From the NCBI GenBank assembly GCA_965208675.1, contig OZ242351.1, positions 4,736,001 to 4,800,000 of the forward strand: 64,000 nt of DNA, written 5' to 3'. The notes under the pieces were generated by a model. That model was given only the letters and a program-made list of their open reading frames with translations, made no database searches and was not told the DNA's origin. The DNA comes from Candidatus Poribacteria bacterium (lineage in GTDB: Bacteria; Poribacteria; WGA-4E; PCPOR2b). Position numbers and translations under genes: made by a program. Below are positions 1-7,918 of this stretch, piece after piece (positions within the stretch are counted from its first letter, which is position 1; the number at the start of each line of letters is the position of its first letter).

Positions 1-398
1 TGGAGCAGTTTTAGTCCTGTGGCGATTCGGAAAAGCGAGATAATTTGGTCACTGTTTTTTCGTTCCCGCTCCGCAATCATCACGTCCTGATTTTCTGCGA
101 TGCGGCGATTGAGATTGTCGTATTCCGTCCGAATTTTCGTATCTGCGGGATTCAACTGAATCGCACGTCCGAGAAACCGGTGGGCGGCAAACACTTCGTT
201 CCAAGTTTCGTAGATTTTAGCGAGATGGAAGTTGGCTTGGGCGCGGATATCGGGTTCAGCCTCGACGGACAAAATGGTCTCCCACAACTGGATGGCTTTC
301 GGAATGTCGTCCTGTTTTTCCAAGGATGGGGCGTATTCAACAAATTTGTTAATGTCCGAGCGAACCTGATTCTGTGTGGGTAAAACGTGATTTTGCAT
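1..398 (-). CDS. TPR-like helical repeat protein, 3'-truncated by the window edge
   Basis: Not in the ORF track. Manual translation from ATG at 398 is open to position 1: MQNHVLPTQ...KAIQLWETILSVE...ANFHLAKIYETW...LGRAIQLNPADTKIR, a TPR-like 'A.F.LA..Y' and 'AI.LNP' pattern. Confidence 0.65.
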   Translation of the reverse strand, partial: MQNHVLPTQNQVRSDINKFVEYAPSLEKQDDIPKAIQLWETILSVEAEPDIRAQANFHLAKIYETWNEVFAAHRFLGRAIQLNPADTKIRTEYDNLNRRIAENQDVMIAERERKNSDQIISLFRIATGLKLL

Positions 399-481
399 GG
401 GGGTGGGGGGGGGTGATTAAATTTTGTTATGATTAATGATGTTTTTTAAAGCAAAAACTTCGCATGTAAATCCGATTTGAA

Positions 482-650
482 AGTGGTGTGAAACACCACT
501 ACTAGAGAAGACTATCGCCTTCGCTGTTCGCTCAGTTGATCCCTCCTTAGTAAGGAGGGGAATGATGTATGTGTTTGATTCTCATTTAACCACTCGTCTG
601 TGTGCGTCCTAATAATCCTCCCCCTTGCTAAGGGGGAGCTAGAGGGGGTC
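482..650. repeat. Cluster of REP-like palindromes
   Basis: Hairpins AGTGGTGT-GAA-ACACCACT (482-500, with CTAC at 499-502, i.e. GTAG on the minus strand), CCCTCCTTA-G-TAAGGAGGG (541-559) and CTCCCCCTT-GCT-AAGGGGGAG (618-638). Confidence 0.75.
505..543 (+). repeat. Dispersed ~35-bp repeat, copy 1
   Basis: GAGAAGACTATCGCCTTCGCTGTTCGCTCAGTTGATCCC; matches copies at 674-708, 1182-1220 and 32693-32718. Confidence 0.85.
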
Positions 651-673
651 GGTGGTGTATGGTTGGGAATCGG

Positions 674-708
674 GAAGACTATCGCCATCGCTATTCGCTC
701 AGTTGATC
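674..708 (+). repeat. Dispersed ~35-bp repeat, copy 2
   Basis: GAAGACTATCGCCATCGCTATTCGCTCAGTTGATC. Confidence 0.85.
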
Positions 709-769
709 GCTCTGCCCTACCTACAGGGTACTATTCGGTCGGTCAATCTCTCTACCCTACCCGGAGTGA

Positions 770-979
770 CTACGGGCTTCGGAATCCCTTTATTATCCAT
801 AGAACTGCTCTGAAGACGATGTGCCCGACGACGAATGTAACGCCAAAGAATACAGTTGCCACCCAGATGCCTTCACTGAACGCTTCTAGAACAGTAAAAA
901 CAGCCAATATCAAAACACCAAGGACAATAGAGAAAAACAACCAAAGGCGGTTGAATCCCTTCTGCCAATTTATTCCCAT
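770..979 (-). CDS. Small two-TM membrane protein (69 aa)
   Basis: Two hydrophobic stretches; strong GGAGG RBS just upstream of the ATG. Confidence 0.7.
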   Translation of the reverse strand: MGINWQKGFNRLWLFFSIVLGVLILAVFTVLEAFSEGIWVATVFFGVTFVVGHIVFRAVLWIIKGFRSP

Positions 980-1042
980 TTAAACACCTCCTATTATCAC
1001 GTATGTGTCACCGACGACATGGTGTTGGTTCTAAGCTAGTGT

Positions 1043-1145
1043 GTAGGTTGGGTTGAGCGGTGTTAACGAGCCAACGCCCGTATGCCGCGTGAATGTACGT
1101 GTTTTGATTGCCTTCAAATTTTGGGCTGATGAAGCGTAACGCAAC
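1043..1145 (+). repeat. GTAG-type REP-like element
   Basis: GTAGGTTGGGTTGAGCG at 1043, with an imperfect complementary GCGTAACGCAAC near 1134-1145. Confidence 0.4.
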
Positions 1146-1181
1146 GTATTTTGTCGAATTCGCAATGTAATGTTGCAAATC

Positions 1182-1261
1182 GAGAAGACTATCGCCTTCG
1201 CTATTCGCTCAGTTGATCCCTTGGCAAGGGGGAGAACGTACTTGGTACGGGGGAGAATGTA
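1182..1261 (+). repeat. Dispersed ~35-bp repeat copy 3, fused to a hairpin arm duplicated as a 21-nt tandem
   Basis: GAGAAGACTATCGCCTTCGCTATTCGCTCAGTTGATCCC, then CTTGGCAAGGGGGAGAACGTA / CTTGGTACGGGGGAGAATGTA. Confidence 0.8.
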
Positions 1262-1283
1262 AGATGCTCCATCAACCTGCGAG

Positions 1284-1496
1284 CTACGAGACTTCTTCAG
1301 AACTCCAATTTTCCGTCTCGGTTGCGAAGGTGTCGGCGAGGTCATCGGCGATGGTGTCCTTAATGAGACTGATGAGATCTTCGCGGAATTTCATCCAATC
1401 TTGTCCGCGCCTCGTGAAACGATGGGGACCGTCAATTTCGACAAACATGGTGTCATTAGGTTGAGACAGCGATTCAAAGTAACGAGTGACTTTCAA
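1284..1496 (-). CDS. Small acidic hypothetical protein (~70 aa)
   Basis: Track ORF 1284..1583. Start revised to TTG at 1496 because AGGAGG lies 9 nt upstream and this removes the overlap with the HAD gene. Confidence 0.65.
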   Translation of the reverse strand: MKVTRYFESLSQPNDTMFVEIDGPHRFTRRGQDWMKFREDLISLIKDTIADDLADTFATETENWSSEEVS

Positions 1497-1543
1497 TACG
1501 TTTTTCCTCCTGATAACAGTTTCCAGATTATGAAACGGCGGAT

Positions 1544-2245
1544 TTATGGATCGGGATTTAGCGTCCAATTTTGGATTTCCCAATTTGACTCAAGCGCAAT
1601 TCGCCGAAATTTCTTGCCGGGATTGACTGCAACGGGATGATTTACGCATTGCAGCATCGGCAGATCTGCACTGCTATCGCCGTATGCGTAGCTAGCAGTG
1701 AGATCGATGCCGTGATGTTCGGCGAATTCTGTGACGGCGCGAGCCTTTTCCTCTCCGCTCAATGGTGGTGTTGTGAGTTCACCTGTGAATTTTCCGCCCT
1801 GCTCATGTATCTGCACGGTCAAAGCATGGTCGCATTCGAGAAAATCGGCGAGCGGCTGGATGATAAAATTGAGAGAACCGCTCACGAGAACGACCAAATC
1901 GCCGCGGCTTCGGTGTTCACTTATGCGATTTAATGCGGCGGGAAAGATTTTCGGGCGGAGATGCGTATCGAATTTTTCGTATGAATGATGTCGAAGCGTC
2001 TCAACATCCAGACCTTTGTAGTTTCGGTAGAACACACGATTGAATTTTGTGCGGCTGGCTTTATCAAGAATGAGGTAGTAAATCACTTTAGGGGCGAATT
2101 GAATCATCCAGAACGGACGCAGCACGGGAGGAAGCAGCGGAACGCGAAGCCAAACATAGTAGTGTACAATGGTGCTCTTGACTATGGTGCCATCGACATC
2201 GAAGAATGCAGCCGTTTTTCGTTCAGGCGGCTGAGTTTTTGACAT
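1544..2245 (-). CDS. HAD-IB family hydrolase (phosphoserine/phospholipid phosphatase-like)
   Basis: Motif I FFDVDGT, motif II VSGS, K in GEEKA, motif IV GDSSAD. Confidence 0.9.
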   Translation of the reverse strand: MSKTQPPERKTAAFFDVDGTIVKSTIVHYYVWLRVPLLPPVLRPFWMIQFAPKVIYYLILDKASRTKFNRVFYRNYKGLDVETLRHHSYEKFDTHLRPKIFPAALNRISEHRSRGDLVVLVSGSLNFIIQPLADFLECDHALTVQIHEQGGKFTGELTTPPLSGEEKARAVTEFAEHHGIDLTASYAYGDSSADLPMLQCVNHPVAVNPGKKFRRIALESNWEIQNWTLNPDP

Positions 2246-2292
2246 CGATTTTGAACTCCAATTTGAAATGTCCTAGGTAACAAACGGAATAC

Positions 2293-5200
2293 TTACACGA
2301 TATGCGCGCTTTCCCGCAACAGTTCGATTTTTTCTCGCACCTCATCAACAAAGGCTCTATAGACTTCATGATTGATTGCCGCGCCGTCCTCGGAAGCACG
2401 GAGGGTCATTGGCTCACCGAAAACCACCTTAATTTGCTTCCTGCGCGGCAAGTTTTTGCCTTTGGGCAGCGCTTGGTATGCGCCGTCAATATATGTTGGG
2501 ACAACCGGCGCCCCGGTTTCGTAGGCGAGCAATCCCAGCCCGGCTTTGAATGGTTGGAGTTCGCCTGTGACTGATCGTGTACCTTCCGGATAGATGAGTA
2601 AGCAGCGGTTTTCAAGCATAATTTCGTGAGAAGTCCGTACATCCTGCAGAAACTGCGAAAAATTGTCTTTCCGTTCGAAAGGCAGAAACTTAAAAAGTTT
2701 GCCAAAGAACCATGCTTTGAAGCGGGTATTGAAGAAGTAGTCGCGTGCGGCTAGAATTTTGATGCCCCTCGCTGATTTACCGAGCGCAGTAACTACGGCG
2801 CCGGTATCAAGGTGACTTGTGTGATTAGCGACAAAGATGCACGGTTTGCCGTCCGGGATGTGTGCTTTACCGTAAGTCTTGATGGAGAAATACCCGTGAT
2901 AGGCGATTCGCATGCCGAGCCGCAAAAGGCGTGTTTTGATTGATAAGTGCGGCAGACCCATGTCAGTGTAGGTCGGCGGTTCAGCGCGGGCAGAAATCGA
3001 CACACTGCTCTCAACCATGTGAATTTCAGGTTGGACTTGCAGCGTTTTGACGGATTGAATTACGTCGCCAACGGTGCGAATTTGCATGACCATCTCGTCA
3101 GGTATGGGATGTTGGATTTTGGCTTCCAGCAATAGCAATAGTTCAACTCGCGCAAGGGAATCCAATCCGAGATCGGCGTCCAAGTGATCTTCCAAACGTA
3201 TCTTTTCAAGCGGCAGCCGTGACAGGCGGCTCAATTCAGAAGCAATGGCACCTTCCCAACCGCCAGAAATCCAATCCGGTTGCGCTGAGGAAGCCGTTTC
3301 ATCAGACGCGTCGTCGGCGCTCTCTCCCGTTGAATTATCGTCCTGTGTCACGCCAGACAGCCGATCCAATAGCATCTCTTTGACGCGCCGGCGGTGAATC
3401 TCAAAGGTTGGTAGTTTGGGCAGTTCCGATTCCCAAAAATGCAATTTGTGAAGATGTTGATAGCTGGGGAGATCGCGCGCGCAGTTTTGAAGATGTTGGC
3501 GAATTGTAGATTCAACCTCCGCCGGATTGGGTTTACCCCTTCGATTGGGAACTATGACAGCGTGAACTTCCTCCCCGTGCGAATCGCCGATGTTCACACC
3601 GACAACACAGATTTCTGCGATGTTTGGGCTGTGCTGATACAGCTCTTCAAGTTCGACTGGATATATATTTTTCCCCGCGCTCGATACGATGACATCCTTG
3701 AGACGTCCGGTGATATAGAGATAACCATCTGCATCAATGTACCCGAGATCCCCTGTATGCAAGGTTCCACTCCGCATCATGTGTTCGGTTGCCCCCGGGT
3801 TCCGATAGTAACCTGCCATTAGGCTAGGACCTTGCGCTACGATTTCGCCAATCCCGTCTGGGTTGGGATGATGGATTTGAACTTGTGTGCCTTGTACGGG
3901 AACGCCGACAGCCGCCCGCTTACTTTTGTGATGAGGATTCACGGTAAGCACGGGAGCCGTTTCGGTCAGCCCGTAGCCCTGATAAATTGTTAACCCGAAA
4001 CGCTGGTATGCGTCATAAATTTCGTTGGACAACGCCGCACCGCCGCTCACTAGGACACGCATGTTGCCACCTAAGGCGGCGTGTAACGCTTCAATCGCCG
4101 CTCGGTCAGGCGGGGCGTCCTCCGCGGCGGTAGATTTTAAAACGTAGCGCATGATAGTGTCATAAATTAACTTAAACATTCGCGGCACGCCTATGACGAC
4201 AGTTGTCTGTGTTTCCTGCATGGTATCCAGGACCATGTTCGGCTTAAGCGTGTTGGGATAAGTGACCGTGGCACCGCCGTAAATTGACATCAGAAAACAG
4301 CAGGTAAACTCCAGCGCGTGATGCAATGGCAATATCGACAAGAACTGGTCTGTATCGTGGGGCGGCAGCGCGTGTGCAACAGCGTGGACGTTAGCAATGA
4401 AATTCTTGTGCGAGAGCATTACCCCTTTCGCCTCGACCGTGGTGCCCGCAGTGAAGATTATTGAGGCGATTGTGTCTGGTTGGATATCCACTTTGGGGAA
4501 GCCGTTGGTTACGTCGGACGCATTACTCTCTTCGATTGACGCAGATTGGGGTTCCGGCGAATGGTCGAACTCAAACGGTTTGCAGAAACGAACGATGTTC
4601 AAGAGGTCTACCGTAGGTGTGCCGTCGTCGGACTGGGTTAGTGCACGGTGTAATTGCCCAGCCAGTGAATCTGAGGTTAGAATGGCTTTCGCCTCGGTAA
4701 ACTTTGCGAGTGCAAAGATTTCGCGCTCCGAGGTTTGCCGGTCGACTGGAACAACCGTGATGCCAATGTGTACGGCGCCCAAATAAGCGATAGCCCATTC
4801 CGGGCAGTTCTCAGCAAAGAGAATCAGGCGGTCGCCTGGACGGTAGCCTCGATTCCAGAGAGAACAAGCGATTTGCCGGGAAATGTCATAGAGTTGGCGG
4901 TAGGAATACCGTACCCAATTGTCTCCGGCTTTCATCTGAAGCGCGGTTTTATTCGGATTGGATTTGACACGTTCGGCAATCAGGTCTGGAATGGTACGAT
5001 AAGGCAATTGCGAATTACCGCCGGCACCGTCAACTCGGCTGCTGACCCCCTCTTCACTTTGTTCCGGCACGGGATTTTTTCCATTGCCGCTTTCGAGTTT
5101 GAGGATGTGACGCTTGATGCCGGGAATATGAACCTCCTGAAGATAGTGCCTCCAGTTAAATTTTAAGACATCAAAGTTGAACCGCCGTTGATCGGACGGG

Positions 5201-6690
5201 TCGAGAGCACGAAACAGCGCTTCAGTTTTACCGGTTTCAAACTCAAAACTCAAGCGGGTGTATGTGCCGTAGAGCCGAATATAATTCTGTAAGCCTTCAA
5301 TTGCATTCTGCATCACGCCAATGCGGCGGTTTGCAGCCGCCGCCGATTTCAGCGGCAACCGGCTGAGGATGGAACCGCCCAAACCTAGCATGAGATATTT
5401 AAGTCGTAGTTGACGTTGGAATTTCTTGAGGCTAGGATATTTCCACACAGGCACAGGAATCGGCTTCCCTTTGTCAAACATGGGGGATTGGACGAAGTAG
5501 TCGTGGGTTGCTGTTACGATACCGTGGAAGGTCAACGGGTTCCGAGATCCAGTAGCGACATGATAGACCTCGATTCCGCGTTTGCGGTATGTCTGGAACG
5601 AAATCGCCAGGATAGCATTTACAACGAAGTCAACGGGAATAATGTCGGTAATGGCTTCCGGTTTTCCGGGAAAGTCCGGCAGACGTCCTTTCGCAAACCC
5701 GATAATAATCGGGTCCGCCATACGGAAACCGTCAAGCCAACCGGGTTCCGGTTCCTCAAGGCTACTCTCGATTATTGAGGGGCGGACAATAGCGATCGGT
5801 AAATCGCCTTTTACCGCGGCAATCATCTGTTCGCCGAGTGATTTTGTGTAAGTGTACGTATCGTTCCATCCACGCGACTTTGCCCGATTTAAGCCCTCTT
5901 CTACCAACCGGGCTTCAATCCACCTATTCCGAACCGTTTCGATCTGTGCTTCGAGTTTCTGACTCTTCCTTTTCCCTCCTCCCAACTGGCGTTGGGCTTG
6001 TTTGCGGAATTGAACCGTCCGCGAGGAATGATGTGCTTCGGTGCGCACCTTCTCGCTCAAGTGGAAAATGTCCTCAATTTCCGTGTCGAGGTTGCTAGGC
6101 ATGGTTTCACCGGTTTGTTCGCGATGTCCGTCGGCGTAAGACTCATAGGGCTGATGGAGCGCTTCTGCAACCTTCCCAGGACGCATTCCACAGACGTAAG
6201 CCGTCGATACGTGGATTAACACGGCGTCATTGCAACTCTTAGCGAACTCTACGGCATATTTTGCACCGAGCGTGTTGCTTCTTAGGGACGCATCAATGGC
6301 GGGATCGAATTTTACAAGGCCTCCGCTGTTGATGAATACCCTCACTTCACTCGTCAGGCGTTCATAATCGCTATCCGATAGACCGAGCCGTTTTAACGAG
6401 AGGTCGCCGTCTACTGCGGAAACTTTTTCACGAATCCATTCGTCAAAGCTTGAACCGTGAATACCCTTCAATTTGGTGAAGACGCTGGACGTGAATATTT
6501 CTTCCTGTAGGCGAGTTTCGGCTGAATAGACGTTGCCGTTGGGTTCTGCACGGGCGCGGATTAGCAGGTAAATCTTATGGATGTCGGGAATGTCCGTAAG
6601 AATTTTGGCAACCAACGGCTTTCCGAGGAAACCTGTGGCGCCCGTGATCAGGATTACTTTATCGCGGAAAAATTCTGGAATTGTGTTCAT
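2293..6690 (-). CDS. Multidomain fatty acyl reductase (SDR/male-sterility) + AMP-binding + ACP + PlsC acyltransferase; ElbD-like
   Basis: ITGATGFLGK, VSTAYV, YTYTK (reductase); QGYGLTET, HTGDLG, ITGRLKD (ANL fold); DLGLDSL (ACP Ser); NHTSHLD and YPEGTRS (acyltransferase). Confidence 0.9.
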   Translation of the reverse strand: MNTIPEFFRDKVILITGATGFLGKPLVAKILTDIPDIHKIYLLIRARAEPNGNVYSAETRLQEEIFTSSVFTKLKGIHGSSFDEWIREKVSAVDGDLSLKRLGLSDSDYERLTSEVRVFINSGGLVKFDPAIDASLRSNTLGAKYAVEFAKSCNDAVLIHVSTAYVCGMRPGKVAEALHQPYESYADGHREQTGETMPSNLDTEIEDIFHLSEKVRTEAHHSSRTVQFRKQAQRQLGGGKRKSQKLEAQIETVRNRWIEARLVEEGLNRAKSRGWNDTYTYTKSLGEQMIAAVKGDLPIAIVRPSIIESSLEEPEPGWLDGFRMADPIIIGFAKGRLPDFPGKPEAITDIIPVDFVVNAILAISFQTYRKRGIEVYHVATGSRNPLTFHGIVTATHDYFVQSPMFDKGKPIPVPVWKYPSLKKFQRQLRLKYLMLGLGGSILSRLPLKSAAAANRRIGVMQNAIEGLQNYIRLYGTYTRLSFEFETGKTEALFRALDPSDQRRFNFDVLKFNWRHYLQEVHIPGIKRHILKLESGNGKNPVPEQSEEGVSSRVDGAGGNSQLPYRTIPDLIAERVKSNPNKTALQMKAGDNWVRYSYRQLYDISRQIACSLWNRGYRPGDRLILFAENCPEWAIAYLGAVHIGITVVPVDRQTSEREIFALAKFTEAKAILTSDSLAGQLHRALTQSDDGTPTVDLLNIVRFCKPFEFDHSPEPQSASIEESNASDVTNGFPKVDIQPDTIASIIFTAGTTVEAKGVMLSHKNFIANVHAVAHALPPHDTDQFLSILPLHHALEFTCCFLMSIYGGATVTYPNTLKPNMVLDTMQETQTTVVIGVPRMFKLIYDTIMRYVLKSTAAEDAPPDRAAIEALHAALGGNMRVLVSGGAALSNEIYDAYQRFGLTIYQGYGLTETAPVLTVNPHHKSKRAAVGVPVQGTQVQIHHPNPDGIGEIVAQGPSLMAGYYRNPGATEHMMRSGTLHTGDLGYIDADGYLYITGRLKDVIVSSAGKNIYPVELEELYQHSPNIAEICVVGVNIGDSHGEEVHAVIVPNRRGKPNPAEVESTIRQHLQNCARDLPSYQHLHKLHFWESELPKLPTFEIHRRRVKEMLLDRLSGVTQDDNSTGESADDASDETASSAQPDWISGGWEGAIASELSRLSRLPLEKIRLEDHLDADLGLDSLARVELLLLLEAKIQHPIPDEMVMQIRTVGDVIQSVKTLQVQPEIHMVESSVSISARAEPPTYTDMGLPHLSIKTRLLRLGMRIAYHGYFSIKTYGKAHIPDGKPCIFVANHTSHLDTGAVVTALGKSARGIKILAARDYFFNTRFKAWFFGKLFKFLPFERKDNFSQFLQDVRTSHEIMLENRCLLIYPEGTRSVTGELQPFKAGLGLLAYETGAPVVPTYIDGAYQALPKGKNLPRRKQIKVVFGEPMTLRASEDGAAINHEVYRAFVDEVREKIELLRESAHIV

Positions 6691-6800
6691 TTCGCATTGG
6701 TGTTTTCAAAAAAAGATAGTCCATCGACCAACGTCACGGAAAGGAGAGGTGCGCGACAGCATAGATGAGTGACGTTCGGTGAGTTACACGCGTTAGCTTT

Positions 6801-6830
6801 AGTATAAAGGAAAAAGTGGGTTTGTGTCAA
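6801..6830 (-). promoter_or_regulatory. Sigma70-type promoter for the ElbD-like/HAD operon
   Basis: Minus strand TTGACA-18 nt-TATACT. Confidence 0.6.
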
Positions 6831-7132
6831 TGCAAAACCCAAACCTCAGAGACATGCTATGAAAATGCGGAAAATGTCAAGAAATACGCAAGCGATTTGA
6901 GTCTCCACGGGTAGCATGAATCTTCTTACTATTCGACATTTCAAATTAAGGAAGAACCGTAATTTTTCCAGGGCTTTGCGTGATAGCGAAAGGCACACAT
7001 TGCATCCGCAAATTATATCATAGAATTGCGCGATGAACCTATGCTATAATAACAGCCTTAATCGCCTAGAGGTTGTGGAAACGGTGAATGCTCTTTATGG
7101 AGTTTTGAAAACCTACCGCAAGTTCAGGAAAT

Positions 7133-7501
7133 ATGGATAGACTTGTAATCAAGGGTGTTCGGTTTCACGGATATCACGGGGTATCGGAATCAGAACGCCA
7201 GGTTGGCCAGGAGTATGAAATTGACGCGGAATTGACGTGTGATTTGTCCCTGGCGGGAGCGACCGATGAACTTGCCCACACAATTGACTATGGAGCAGTC
7301 GTAAGTCTGATTGTTGAAATTGGCACGCGGCAATCATTTCAACTCATTGAGGCGCTCGCCGAAACCGTTGCGTCAGCGATTTTGGATGAGTTTCCAGTCG
7401 ATGAAGTGCAGATACACGCCAAAAAGCTGTCGCCCCCGATTGAACATCAACTTAACTATGCCGGCGTTAGGATTCGGCGAAAGAGGAACTCTCAAGTGTG
7501 A
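7133..7501 (+). CDS. folB: Dihydroneopterin aldolase
   Basis: FHGYHGV..SERQVGQ, TIDYG, LIEALAE motifs; 122 aa. Confidence 0.95.
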   Translation: MDRLVIKGVRFHGYHGVSESERQVGQEYEIDAELTCDLSLAGATDELAHTIDYGAVVSLIVEIGTRQSFQLIEALAETVASAILDEFPVDEVQIHAKKLSPPIEHQLNYAGVRIRRKRNSQV

Positions 7502-7530
7502 AGGGATGAAGGAGGTTTTTTTTACTCTAC

Positions 7531-7748
7531 CCCCTCTCGCTCCCCCTTGTTAAGGGGGAGGACAATTGTGGCGACTTGTTAAAGAGGAAGAAACTTGCGG
7601 CGACTGTTTAAGAGGTTGGATAATCGGGAAAATTTGCTAATGGGGAAAACGTCGGTGGTGACTTCTCAAAGGGAAGGACATATGTGGTGACTTGGTAAAT
7701 GTTGGGTAGAGGTGTCAGCTTGGCAAGAGGGAAAAATTTTGAGAGCGA
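7531..7748 (+). repeat. REP-like hairpin followed by seven degenerate ~29-nt tandem units
   Basis: CTCCCCCTT-GTT-AAGGGGGAG hairpin; units start at 7546, 7575, 7604, 7633, 7662, 7691 and 7719. Confidence 0.7.
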
Positions 7749-7918
7749 TCCAAAAAACCCGACGTTTGTACCGGTCTTATTATCTTCCGAACGGGGACAG
7801 CGGACGATCAAGGTTTCCATGAAAATCTGCTTGAAAATTCAATACCGATCAAGTATTATTTTGGCGTTCTAAAAACATTGACGCACGCCGAAACGGATTT
7901 GTTAGGAGAAATTAAGCT

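Noticed and set aside
505-1220. Three ~35-bp repeats as a CRISPR array
   Set aside because: Spacing is irregular (about 170 and 510 bp), a gene lies between copies, and no cas genes are present.
45-1464. Track ORFs 45..383, 152..343, 600..983, 1031..1345 and 1213..1464
   Set aside because: They are shadows of better-supported minus-strand genes or read through REP-like repeats.
2293-6690. NRPS secondary-metabolite cluster
   Set aside because: No condensation domain; a fatty acyl reductase and a PlsC domain point to lipid synthesis.
7546-7748. 29-nt array as a CRISPR or as coding repeat ORF 7608..7820
   Set aside because: No constant repeat plus unique spacer structure; the 29-nt period is out of frame, so the ORF is probably spurious.
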